DNA of 58,171 nt, filler included, from Sphacelaria rigidula (lineage: Eukaryota), in the NCBI GenBank assembly GCA_964200075.2. It is 5 parts of 5 records of this genome, joined end to end, with 100 filler letters (N's around TTAATTAATTAA, not from the genome) between each part and the next. Parts side by side here need not be neighbours in the genome. Positions count along the whole stretch, not along the records: positions 34,964 to 46,517 come from CAXNAA020004793.1; positions 46,618 to 58,171 come from CAXNAA020004794.1; 3 more parts are not named here. One strand, 5' to 3'. The notes beneath the pieces were generated by a model. That model had not been told where the DNA came from. It did no database searches and saw only the letters and a list, made by a program, of their open reading frames with translations. The position numbers and the translations under genes were made by a program. Numbering within the stretch: position 1 is the first letter of the stretch; every line of letters starts with the position of its first letter. Shown piece by piece: positions 35,569 through 47,690 of this stretch.

Positions 35569-38500
35569 GCAGGAAAAGCTGGTGAAGAAAGCCCTCGGGA
35601 GCTCGTCTATCGACGCCCTGCTGGTGTGCTCTGGAACTCCCATGGTGGCCGAACCCGTGGTTCATCCTAAGGTAAGGTGACGGAGCCTAAGTACGCGCGC
35701 CTTTGCTGGACAATCTCGTCCAAGCGCCCGCGGAAACGTGTTTTTGTGGACCCTCACTCCCCCATGATAAAAGCGGCGCTAGCAAGGCACACACACACAT
35801 ATGTGTGTGTGTGTGTGACACGTTCTACGATAGCCCCCCCCCCCCCAGAAAGTGGCTGGTTTGGGGAGGCAAAATTCACACGTACATCGAAATGAACAAA
35901 GCCGAGCACAACGAGCAGCTGGGAATTCCCAGGCTTGGGTACGTTTCCGCCAATGTCGCCCATTCGAGACGCTTCATACAGTCTGAAACCATACATCAGG
36001 CACTTCATGACCATTTCTTCGTGGCAGTTTGGGCGTTTGTTTTGGGGGGGGCTATCGTACAAAGAATCGCGTGTGTGTAGTTGACATCCTGCTCACATTT
36101 ATTGTTCAACTTGTGCAAAGCTGTCATGGAACCACCGGCGCCGTGAGTTCCGTAGTGTTGACGGTGGACCAACATAGTGGCAGTACTTCAGGTGATTGCG
36201 TTCCCCCGTGTTAAACTGTGCTCGTGTTTTTGCCTGCTCTCTCGAAGAAAACATGGGTGTGTTCGACTCAACCGGTTGACAGGTAGCGCATCTCATCACG
36301 ATTGCAGCCCAGGTAGAGCCGGGATCGTGTGTTCATGTCATGTTCCACGAGATAGAACGGAACCAGACTACAATCTTCAATTTCGGGAGAAACGCGTTGG
36401 CGGAAGCTTCTCCAGTGTCTCCTGACTAGTCTGTCGTGCTCCTAGCGATTAACATTTCCAGCGTGGACCCCACGCCTTTTTGCTGCCTCCCTGATACTCG
36501 TCTACAATGCACATTCAGGCACCTCCGTTGAGCCAGGACGAACAGCGGGAGAGAAACAAGGCTCTTAGGGTGGCTAAGAAAGAGCTGAAGAAACTAGGCA
36601 AGGCTGGCAAAGCAGAGATCAAGCGAATGGAGGAGGAAGAAATGGTGAGAATGCGCAAAAGTTTCAGGAGCACCGGAAGTGCGGATCGTATGGTTTTCTC
36701 TGGTGGGGCGTCGAGAAACACAGTAGTGCTCCGTGGCAGACGGGACTGGTCCGCAACGTCTGAGATGAAAAGCTCAATTCCCAACATGAAACGACAAGAC
36801 CATGTTCTTCGGCTGGCTCCGTCTCCAAATTCACCGTTCCAAATGAAGCAACCGGTCTATATCTGCTCTGTGTCGTCGACAGTAAGGAGCCTCGCTCAGT
36901 GCTAATCGAGAAGTTGCTCAGGTCGTACTTGAATGGTGCTGGGCGTCACTGTTTGAACACGCATGCGAAAGAGGGGATATGAATCAGAATCAGATGTGCA
37001 GTGTCCCAGGCATAGGTTCGTTCCCTGCTCGAACTTCAGCCCTGGTTCCTGTTTGCCGCTGTTCCGTCCTGTCTTTGCCCTACTTGTAACAGCGACCGAA
37101 GATAGCCTTGCTGTCCCCCGAGGAAGTTGGGTTGATGGACGAGTTCTACGACGAAAAGAGGCCGTGTTTCCATTGGAGCTATCACTCGCAGTATCTCCAG
37201 GTCGTTACTTTCCTCAGGGGTTGAAGATGCAGATCGTTTTTGCTGTACCCGTGGATAGGCAATAGTTATTATGCTTGACTAGGGAATAATGATGAGCTAG
37301 AACAGACGTTAGTTTTCAAATGCTGTTGGTGTTGTCATCAATACTTTTGGTTGGTACTCACGTGTTTGCTGTCATCGCGTCAAGGGCAGGACATCGTCGC
37401 ATTGGGCACACGATCGGCAGCAGGTTAATAAAGGTAGCGACGGGTTTGAGTAAATCAATCAAACGCGCGACGAATATATTCCGTTTCGGTCGGGTAGCTG
37501 GACGACACGCCGTAGAAGTTCTCCGCTGGAAGAGTGCACAATCTCGGCCGGCATACAAGCCAAGAAGGCGAGGGTATCGGAATACGTGTACACCCCTTCA
37601 CATCCGCCAACTCCTACGGTAGTGTAGCAAAAACACTCTCCTATTTAAAAACTCTTACCCCGAGTCCTCCGCTCTGCAGGAAATGTTGGAGAAGCTGTTC
37701 GATTGGGCCGGCGCGCACATGTACTCCGAAAGAGGTCTCCCAAAGAGGAGGCGGGAGGTAGTTTTGCTCTGCAGTGGGACAGGGTAAGCTGCATCCACGT
37801 TGCCGTTTTCAATGAGCACAGCGGGGCCGAATTGAGCATATGATCTAGTTTTACCCAACCCGTCGACCCTCTTCAGCTGGATTATGCTGACCGCGTGCAC
37901 CCGGGCGGAAGTTCGGGCTATAGTTACGTAGTCTTGGTATTTCAAGCGGAGTATAGGTAACGTAATTCCGCACAGCAGTGCGGCACAGGAGGCTGACCTA
38001 TCACTGCGCAACTGCCCAGCCTTCATGTTTGCCATGGTTTATACGAGGTGTGGTCGAACGGACTAGCATCGAATCATATGGCAGGGTTAGTTCTGTGTGT
38101 GTATCCTCTGCGTTTTACTACCTGCAGTACAAGACACCCGTCGCAAGCACGGCATACATACGGACAAGTGAGATCGCAGGCCTTCCGCAACCAACGAATC
38201 GCCACTCCGGTTGAAAGCTAAGTGAAACTTGACCCAAACGAGATGTGAATCCGGTGCCGTGTAATGTCGGCTCTTTCCTGCAATTCAAGGTCTGCGGTGC
38301 GAACTGTCGTGCACGATCGTCGCACTGGGCTCTCTTTGACGCAAATCTGCGTCGGAAACATCGCCGACGCGACCAAACCCTGCACGTGGTCTACGACTAC
38401 CGGAGCTGTCGGCGACCGAATCGAGTATACCCATTACCCCGCAATGACTTCTTCGTCTTATATCAGTGATGATAGTACCAAATTAATTCAACGTGGTGGT

Positions 38501-41500
38501 GGGCGCGCGCGCGGCACTAGTAGCGGCGGCGGCGAAGGGTGGGATGGGGATCCACGCGACATCAGTTCCACGGAGGCTTCCATCGGTCGTATTGGGGTCA
38601 TGATAGGGACAGAAAAACAGCACCAACTTGTCGAAGTGGCACAACAAAATCGCCATCACGGAACGCCGACCACGCCCACTCCCCTCAGCACTGACAAGGG
38701 TGATCTGGCAGATAACGAGCTCGCAGAACAGCTGCAAGGTTTCCCGCCGTTTGATAGCTCTCCCAGCTACGGGGTAGTAACCGTCCTGTCGGAACCCCTG
38801 GTGTGCCAAGTTGAGGCACAGCTCGTGCAGCCTCGTGGTGCTTCTAGAGATGGTCGGATGCTGCAAATCGGTGGAAACTCTCGCGTAGAAGATAGGGCTG
38901 ATATCGAAGTGAAGCCGCCGATTGATGGTGCCATGGCCGCATCAACGCGTCGTGCATCAGAGCGCGCGTTTGCAACAGACGGCGCCGCGGCACCTAAAAT
39001 TTCGACCAAGCCCGGGCACGATCAGAATCACTTGAACCACGATAACGCCACGGCTGTCGTGGAAACACCGGAGGGTGGGCAATCACAACGGGGGACAGTT
39101 ATGGATTTAGATCCGCGCACAGTATCGGCAGTTCTTGGGCCTGTAGTGGGGAGAGCTGAAATCGTGAGGCAGGAGGGGGGTGCTCGCGAGAGCTGTCGCG
39201 TGGCTGTGATGCTTGAAGTGGACGGAGATGCTACAGTAACATGCCTGGTAAGCCCCTTCGTTGCGGAAGATTGTCGATGCTACTGAGGAGTCTCTCGTAT
39301 TTACATTCAGACGCGTAAATGGGGATGGAACGTTCATGCTGATTTCGCTCTCTCGTGCTCTATGTGACGTATGTCGTGGTTTGTTGCAACCGCCCCGTTA
39401 ATTTCAGATGCGAGACGTTGTCACCTCGGAGGCGTTTCAGGAGAAGCGCCGCATGAAAGGCAGGCGTCCCCGGGCCTTCTGGATGCAGGGACTTCGCGCA
39501 GCAAGGCGATATGCGATAGAGTTCGAGGGCATCAGCAACTGCGAAGACAGAGCAGGTGGTTGCGTGATTCCATGAAGCGGCTTACGTTAAACGGCTGATT
39601 TTCTCTCTTAATATTTTAGGAACATCAGCCATCGCGCACCGGTGATCTGACTCACACACCAATACCCAGCCAGAGGGAAATGTTGAGGGTTGAAATAGGT
39701 CAAAATGCGGAGGTTTTCTGGGAAGTGCCTGATTTCCGCCGTCGACAACGTGATAGTGTAAGTAGCAGAAATTTTCATTTGGTGGCAGTCGACGCGGTGC
39801 GTTGTAATGCTGATCGAATCACCGATGCTAAATATAGGACGTGTAACGGGCGAGAAATGACTTTATCCCTTGAACCTAGGGAGACCTCCCGAAAAAGGTA
39901 AGGGTAAAAACCGTGAAGAAAACAAAACGTCGCGAGGATACGGTATGTCGGAAGGACTCGCTGACGTAGAGGCACCGTCGACAGCCTTTAAACCAGCTCT
40001 GCCAGTAGCAGTAAATCCTGCATTACACAATATCCTGGTTCGTGTGCATATGCACCATTGATCATAGCAACCGAGACCACTACAAGAATAACACTCAGCA
40101 GCACGAGATCATGGAACAAGCGTACATACCCCAAAACGCCGAAATACTGTGGAGAATTTTAAGGCTAATGGAACTCTCATGCCTTGTCCCGCGTATTTGT
40201 CGGCAGGAGTTTGGACAACCCCTGACAGCTCTCAACCAGACTTGAACGTCGTTGTGATTTCTCACGATCAGCCCGGTGAGCTCCCGGCGACAAGAGGAGA
40301 GCAAAACCTGTGGCGCTCTCTGGCTGGTCGACTGTCCTCGCCATGGCAAGGGATTGAGGCCATCATTCACGTCGGCGGACAGGTGCGGCGGTGGGCGGAA
40401 CTGAGAGACTTGAGTAGTCACATACCTGGTATGTTTCTACAGAGTAAACGACTATTCCGGCGGAGACAAATGATAAACACGCGAGTGTTCCTCGACGTCG
40501 CTCCTCTGTCGTCGACATGAAATGCTGGACGTACAGGAAGACTGTGCTGTGGAACTGTTCGGGCGGTATATTTCATGGGAGAAACAGCAAGATGCTACAC
40601 ATTTCATCTCACCACTGCAGTATTTTTTTAGATTTCTGCAACGTGTGTGTCCTATCTTAGTCTATCGAATGAGATGTAACACGGCACTACCTGTGTGTTG
40701 GACCCGGACCACCGTTGTGCAGTGAGCAGAGAACGCTAGCGTGTCATCACGCTGATGCGTCTTGAGCTATCGAGAGGTGCAGTAGTGTTTCAGTGGAGAA
40801 TGACCGGTAGCGATATTTGTCGATCTCCGTTTTCTTTAGAGGGAAACCTCTGTACCCATAGCTCATGTTATGGTAAATATGCATACATATGTGTATTGAG
40901 TGTTTCTCGAAGGACTTGAGATCGGTGTCATTTGCACCTTGCATTAAGGGAAAACGGGGTGTAAAAACTATTCATCAGCGAGGTGTGTGCTACATGAAGT
41001 AACGTACCGAACGCGACTCCGCTATCCGGCAACGACGGACCACAGGTGGACTTATCCAACGCTTTCGAAGACGGGCGGGCGTTCCTGGAAAGCTTGCAAA
41101 CCGGCATCGAACAGGGTTTGGTTTCGATAGAAGACGAGAGCTTGGCCATGGATGAGCTCAAGGAGCGATTTAGGGACGAGTACAGAAAGGTGCGTGTGGA
41201 ACGTACGCTCAAACGGGGTGACATGTAGATACTGGGCCCTTGTGCATCCTAGATTCTCCTGTGATGTATCTTACAGAAGATCCAACCATTTTTGCGGCTC
41301 GTAGCACAGGGTCCCGCTGTTCTACTGGATTCGGTTTTGTTGAACAAAAGCATGCGCAGGTGACTATTGCTTTGTACTATTCAAGTCAAGACATTACGGT
41401 GGAATATGGTGATCGGGTGGCGTGTATATTGAGAACCGCCACCGCGGTGCAACCTGTGCACCGATATGCACGACAGAGCCCACCCCAAGCGCTCGTTTTG

Positions 41501-44500
41501 TTACTTTCTCGTCGGAGCTTTCGGAAGATGAAGCAAGCCTTCGGCATATGACTACAAGAACGATGATATTCAGTCGAAATTTGCCTTGACACCTCTTGTG
41601 GCCATCAGTTGTGGAATCAACCGTCGACACGCAAAGTGTTGTCATCATGCCAGCATGTGATGATGTGGGGCCAGAACGAATGCAGGGCGGGGTACGGAAG
41701 ACAGGGTCACGCAGCCGTCAAAGACTGGGCCGGCAAACGTCTGCTTCGCGTGGCTAAAGAGGTGAGTTTACCCATTCTACTTTATCGGACATTCTTTACG
41801 TGTGTTGATTGATTATTTTCCACGGCTTCGGCTTCAACTCCGGCATCCCTGTTGTTTGCTGGTAGAGGGCATCATGTTCGTCGGGAATGGGAAGTGCTGT
41901 GAAGTTACCGCGTTTTTGGATTTCCTTCAGCTTTGAGCTGTTGTTTGCCTCTTTTTAATGTGCGAGTCGGAATGTGCTCTAGGAATAGCTCCGGAAACAT
42001 GACTTGATACGAATGAGATACACGTGTGCATGATTGCTTCTCACAAGATCTAGACAGTTAGTCTTCGTCGTGCTCGTCCCCGAGCTTAGTTGTGGTCTAC
42101 CGCCGCACACTACCGTGCAATGACGCCTTCAGGCAGCGTTTTTAATCTCCCACAAGCATCACCTGGGGTCAAGCTCCTCCGATTATGCCCAACCAATTTC
42201 ACCGTTCCTTCGATTGTCTCCCACTGCTTCCCTCGCCGCAAGGTGTTTCGAGAATACCAAAGGCAACTGTGGGATCCCCGGTGGGGGGCAAGTTTCACGG
42301 TAAGCAAGGCGAATACGCCGCTAAGAATAAAGTGGCACGTTCATAGCACTCGCAATAAGTATCGAATTGACAACGTTGAAAGTATCTTGAACGCGCCAGA
42401 AATCGACAAATGTGCTCATTTGGGAAAACTCCCTATTGAAAACTGCTGCTTGCCTGCATTCGAAGGTTCAAGCAAGCTAGAGCTGCCTTGCCACACTGAT
42501 ACACGACCCCTACAATAAGCCGAGAAGTGCATTAGGGAGTGATCCACACCGTAATGAATAGTTAGTCGAGGAACATCCTAAGCGGAAGCTTTTCCATTCC
42601 AGTCTTGGGGTAGCCAAACTGGCTCCAATGTGGGTCGGGGTTTGGCCGTTGATGACTTCCAACACACTTTATGAAATATTCTCAGTTTTTTTTTCCGCCG
42701 TGGTACCGGCACAGGTTGGAGAGCACGAGGGATTTTTCACCAGCTTTCGGTGGGGCACAGTGGGGGTGATATCATTGGACACGCTAGAGCTGTCGCTTCT
42801 ACACGACGGACTTGCCGTCAAAGCGCACGACAGCGCTCGCGGGCTTGATGTGAAGAAACGCATGCAAGAACGGGGTAGGAACGAAGAAGATTTGATGCTC
42901 GGAGAGGCGCAATGGGAAATGTTGGATGGTGTCCTTGCAAACCAGGTGCGTGCTCGGGTGCGGATAAGGTATAAGCTGGAGGGGTATATTTCAGATATTT
43001 CTCTTGCAAGCGTGGCTCATTTCCGGACGAAGAAGGTCGCCCTTGAAGGGGTGATGTCGCGGCCTCCCGCCGTTTTTCACACGGTAGGGGTGAATGATGG
43101 AACTTGGATTTGAATTTCGACTGAACAGATACCGAAATCATTTGACACGAACCCGCTACCACAACCGACAATATTTTGCTTCGAGCAAAACTGATCCCAC
43201 CCCCCCCTCCCCCAGAAAAGTCAATGGTCTTATGACTGTGGCATGCATGATCATGAGTAGACCCCCACATAAAAGTGGCTGATGTGAGAAGGCAAAATTT
43301 ACATGTGAATGAACATGACAAAAGCCGAGCAGACAGACCAGCTTGGAAACTCACACCACTGTGGCTCATATGAGGCGCTTCGAGTAGTCTGAAACCAGCT
43401 ATTGTGCCCTGTGTGGTAATTTTCTTTTTGGCAGTTTGGGGGATGGTTTGGAGGAGGAAGGGGTATTGCAGTACCACTCAAAACATGTGTGACAACTGGT
43501 TGAGGTGGAGCTGCCTGTCGAATATTCGTAAATGATGCATTTCGTATACTTCTCGGCTTTACAAAAGAGTGCGAGCTGACAAGAAAGCCGACGCGAGATC
43601 CTTAAGAAAAGACTGGAAGATGGTGGTAGAGTCGGCCTGGTCGTGCTTCGTACACGGTACCAACTGGCGTATCCCCAAGTAAGTAGCAACCATGTTACCA
43701 TGTTGTATTCAAGAACACCGTGAATTTTCAAGTCATGCGCCGCGCGTTAACTGTGATATCGACTTTCGGCTTGAACGCACAGTTACTCAACCCATCACTG
43801 CGAACGATTTTGTAGTCCTTCCAAGGGTTTGCGACGACGCTTCGAGGACTGCTGCGCCAGTTCTTTTCCGGCCCTCTGATCGACTCCTTGACGGTTAAAA
43901 TTTGGTCTTCTCGGCGAACAGGATAAGCTGGCGACACTGTTGGTGGTGACAGAAGTGCCCGTTGCTTGGCATGATACGGAGACATTCTTCGCTAACAAAA
44001 AGGTAGCAACGATGTTCCACGAAACCCGTCTCCACACATGCACGTCGTGTCATAACGTCGATGCATTTTCGTGTCCGATGATGTAGCTACTGTAGGCTGA
44101 TTCCATAAAGCATACTGACACATTCCGTGACTACACAGTGCCCCCCGTATTCCCGTCAAGCCTGCTAGAGAAACGGTATCTGGTACAATGCTGGCCCAGG
44201 CCTCCAAGTGGGGAATATTTGCAGTTGTGACAAGCTCCAGGCAGCTGTAATCCCGCGTTCTCGGGATGATGTGATGCTGGAACCAGCTGTGGTTCAACTA
44301 ATATCGTAGATATGTCGCTAGCAAACTGATGCGCACATCCACCGACCGCGTGCCCCCTCCAGAACCAGCAGAGCAATGCACCTGCTAACCTAGAAGACTT
44401 CTGGAGCGGTAGACCAATCCAACAACGTGCTCTTCTGAAGCGCCTCCTCGAGTGGAAAGCCGAAGTGCAAGGCAGAGAGGTAACTTCCACGGAGTAGATG

Positions 44501-45782
44501 GACGAGTAATCCAAGCAGTGCACCTTGCTACGGCACCTTGCTACGGCACGACCGTGTTGGTCGCTGTGCCTCCGTCTGAAGATACGGTGAACACACGTAT
44601 CACCAACTAATGTATGGATAGCTATCTAGTATTTCTAAAGAGGAGTTCCACCTTTTCATAGATACTGACTGCAAACGATACAGGAGATGTACCACAGATA
44701 ATAAAAAAAGTGCCTTCACGTATATAGTTAGTGCCCCTCGTGCAGTAAACTCCAGGTTGACTTAACAGGTACTGCACCACGCGAAGAGTACAACTCGGGT
44801 GAAGAAGATTTTTCAACCGTGCGTTGCTCTGAGGGGTGAGTGATCATGATGCGATCACCTGTCCCCTCCGTGACAAAATGGTTCAGGTAACACTACTGGC
44901 TGGAGCTTGGGGCGCGGGAGGGTGCATTGCATCCGAAACCAGATTGGAATGTAAGATGCCTCCGGCACTACCATCATCTAATTCGGAAACATCACAGGAG
45001 ATTCGTGCCCCTAAGCGTGATAGCGAAGGGGCTGCTCTGGAAGAAGACGGGCTGAAGGAGCCCAAGTCTCGCCTTGTTGGAATCACACAGGTTCACTACC
45101 TTGCGCTTCGAGTACGAATACCATAGGGTGGAGGTTTTTCCTCCCTGTAGAGGTAGCAAGTACTGCTGAATTATTGAAATTGTTTTACATAAATACGATC
45201 CGGAATGCTCTCACTAAGGAATAGGTCATCGGCAGCGACGTACGGCTAAGAATTGGTGCCTCAAGGCCGACCTTAGGCCGTCATTTGCGCGCTGTTGCCC
45301 CAACCACACCTCATGTGTCACTTTTTTTACTCGAAAACAATAATTAGGCAGAGGCAAAAGCGCGAACTGTAGGACGGGGAATGGTGTAGTCGCGCATGTA
45401 TTGTTCCGTCGACTAAGACTCGCTTGGGAGGGGTAGCGGGTTGCATGTACCCGACTTCAATGTACAGCGTACCGTGTCCCCTATACCTTTTGCTCTTCGC
45501 TTGAAGGTCACGTGCGGACCTATAACGGCCGAGCCGTTAGACCTATCTATCAGCGACGCCAGACCCGCAACCAGGGGAAAGCTTCTGATACCCCTGACAG
45601 AGGCACAATCACAAGAAAAACGCCTTCGGCCGAAGAACAGCAACAGCAGCAGCATTGCCGTTGGCGGGGCTATGGGGGAAAACCAGGGTAGCGGCAGAGA
45701 TGTAGTGTCAAACGCGCAAGATGAGGACCCGGTGGAGTTCGTGCACATTACAAGACCGGGCAGGAACTATGTTGTACTGCAG
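35569..45782 (+). CDS. Protein with tandem degenerate PhoD-like (alkaline phosphatase D) domains, incomplete at both ends. Exons ~35569-35671, 36519-36644, 37093-37200, 37680-37783, 38290-39247, 39408-39555, 40207-40382, 41046-41189, 41609-41761, 42243-42299, 42715-42945, 43922-44002, 44363-44479, 44887-45090, 45507-45782
   Basis: All junctions keep frame. PhoD-like motifs in order: IIHVGGQVD, YRKLWNQP..RKVL...HVMMWGQNE, VFREYQ, F.WG.VGVISLDT, MLGEAQW, LLVVTEVP, DFW...LL..LLEW, VTLLAGAWG, TQVTCGPI, NYVVL. Confidence 0.78.
35826..36059. mobile_element. 230-bp MITE with TIRs CGATAGCCCCCCC / GGGGGGGCTATCG and TA target duplication (Tc1/mariner-type)
   Basis: TA|CGATAGCCCCCCCC (from 35826) ... 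GGGGGGGGCTATCG|TA (to 36059); non-coding interior; intronic. Confidence 0.8.
43258..43473. mobile_element. Diverged second copy of the 35826 MITE family
   Basis: Shares AAAGTGGCTG, AGGCAAAATT, AAAGCCGAGCA, AGTCTGAAACCA and TGGCAGTTTGGG in the same order; TIRs eroded. Confidence 0.7.
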
Positions 45783-46103
45783 GTCGGTACCCAACATGCA
45801 ATATGGTTAGTTTATTCAAAACCGTGTCGCTGAGTGGCAAAAACGGACAACTGAACACAAGCTTTGAGTCTTAACTCTGTGATAGCGTGGTTGTATACTG
45901 GCAGGCGCAAAGGCCTCAAGCAGGTATAACAGCAGATTTTGCCATGCACTTGCCTCCGCTTCAGCATCCTGCACCTTCGACAACTGGTTCGTATTCTGGC
46001 CTTGGCGTTGGGTCGACGGCAGCCCGCTAGTATTCAAGAAGTTATCGTATGTTGACTATCTGGCTGACTCACCCTGGGTATGTGATATCGAAATTGCTGC
46101 TGC

Positions 46104-46456
46104 TGCGCCCCAGTAGTCTAGATAGCACCTCTTATGACCGCTTGTGGAGCAGTCAAGAGTTCGAATCCTGACGCATGGGATCCTTTTTGAGGCATATCTA
46201 TTTTTAGTCTTTGAAACCGTGGGGATATCAGTAGCGCGGAAACCTCACGAAATTTCATGCGGTGCGGAAGTGCTGATCCATCCCGGATATCTCAATGTCG
46301 GGTATATCAGTTGACTCGATCTTTCTATGTTCTTCTCCCTCCCTCGATTATCCTTCAAGGAGTGTTTCTCTAGTATTCACCTGGGACATGTCTATCTCGT
46401 GGATAATGACCACTGCTGGATTTGTTGGGGATCAGTGAATGTGTGATAATCAATCT
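46104..46456 (+). mobile_element. Putative SINE: tRNA-like head with B-box plus a conserved 3' tail ending in AATC repeats
   Basis: Head GCGCCCCAGTAGTCTAG...; B-box GAGTTCGAATCC at 46157-46168; tail GTGGATAATGACCACTGCTGGAT...GATCAGTGAA...ATAATCAATC matches the reverse complement of the 24042 and 54508 elements. Confidence 0.5.
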
Positions 46457-47690
46457 ATCGACCGATCAATTAGAACAGGAGGGGGGGGGGGTGTACTCAT
46501 GATCATGCATGCCATAGNNNNNNNNNNNNNNNNNNNNNNNNNNNNNNNNNNNNNNNNNNNNTTAATTAATTAANNNNNNNNNNNNNNNNNNNNNNNNNNN
46601 NNNNNNNNNNNNNNNNNGCCCCTACAAAGCCGGAACGGAGCACGCCGGGTTCTCGCCGGACCAGGCTAGGAGGGGTGTACTCATGATCATGCATGCCATA
46701 GCCATCAGACCATTGACGGGGGGGGGGGTCTGTTGTGATACTCTGTTTGTACTGAGCGTTGAATATCCGTGTAACTACACCAGACACGCCGGTTTTTCTG
46801 TCCTCAAAACCCGCCCAAAAAATGAAAGAGCCTGAAAAACGCCCAGAACGCCACCCAACAAAGATCCATCCTCTATTTTGAACATACCCGTCGCAAACAA
46901 GGTAGGGTTTCTGATGTAGCAAATGACCGTTCACAACTGGGGCCGACAGCGTTCCTTTTGAACGTACAAGCACAAGTACACGAGTGGCGCGTGCTCCCTA
47001 CTGTGTCAATTGCTGCCGAATCCCTTAGCACCTAATGATGCACGCGGACGACAAGTCCGCGTCCGTTCGGAGTCTGCGGGACACCGAAACAGTATTGAGC
47101 CACCGCGCGCAAAATTAAGGCCTGACTCGTGCGGAAGAAGTGCGAACTAAGTTTTGGATGTTTATTTTATGGGGCATTGTCCGAAACCTCAATTTTCGCA
47201 ATTACGAGTGCTTTCGTGCTCCTGGCCTACGCTATTACGGTGGTATGCGCGGCGTTTTCTCGGTACGAGGTTTGAATTTGTAGTGTTTGCTTCGTACGCA
47301 TAAAATGTCACAGCGTTGCAGACGATAAGTGCAGCACATGTTTGCACTGCACACGCCATGTGTATGTATGTATGTGCACGCTCTTTGTTTTCCCTCACAC
47401 CTTTAAGTCCTCCCCTTCTTCGAGAGGAGCTCGTGGTCTCGAGGCCAACCGATCTTTCCCCCGGGTACACGCCTTGCAAATTGGTTTCACGGATTGAATC
47501 ATGACCAACACTGCTCCAGCATCGCGTTTGCTAAACACGTGCATTTCGACGTCCGACGGTGGGCGTACTTCGTGACGTACAAACGAGAGGGAGGGAGATA
47601 GCACGCGGGGTTCTCCTATTATCGACCAAGAACAATGTTTTTCATCCTTCTCTTGACTGCAATAACACATATACGCTCATTTCACATGGT

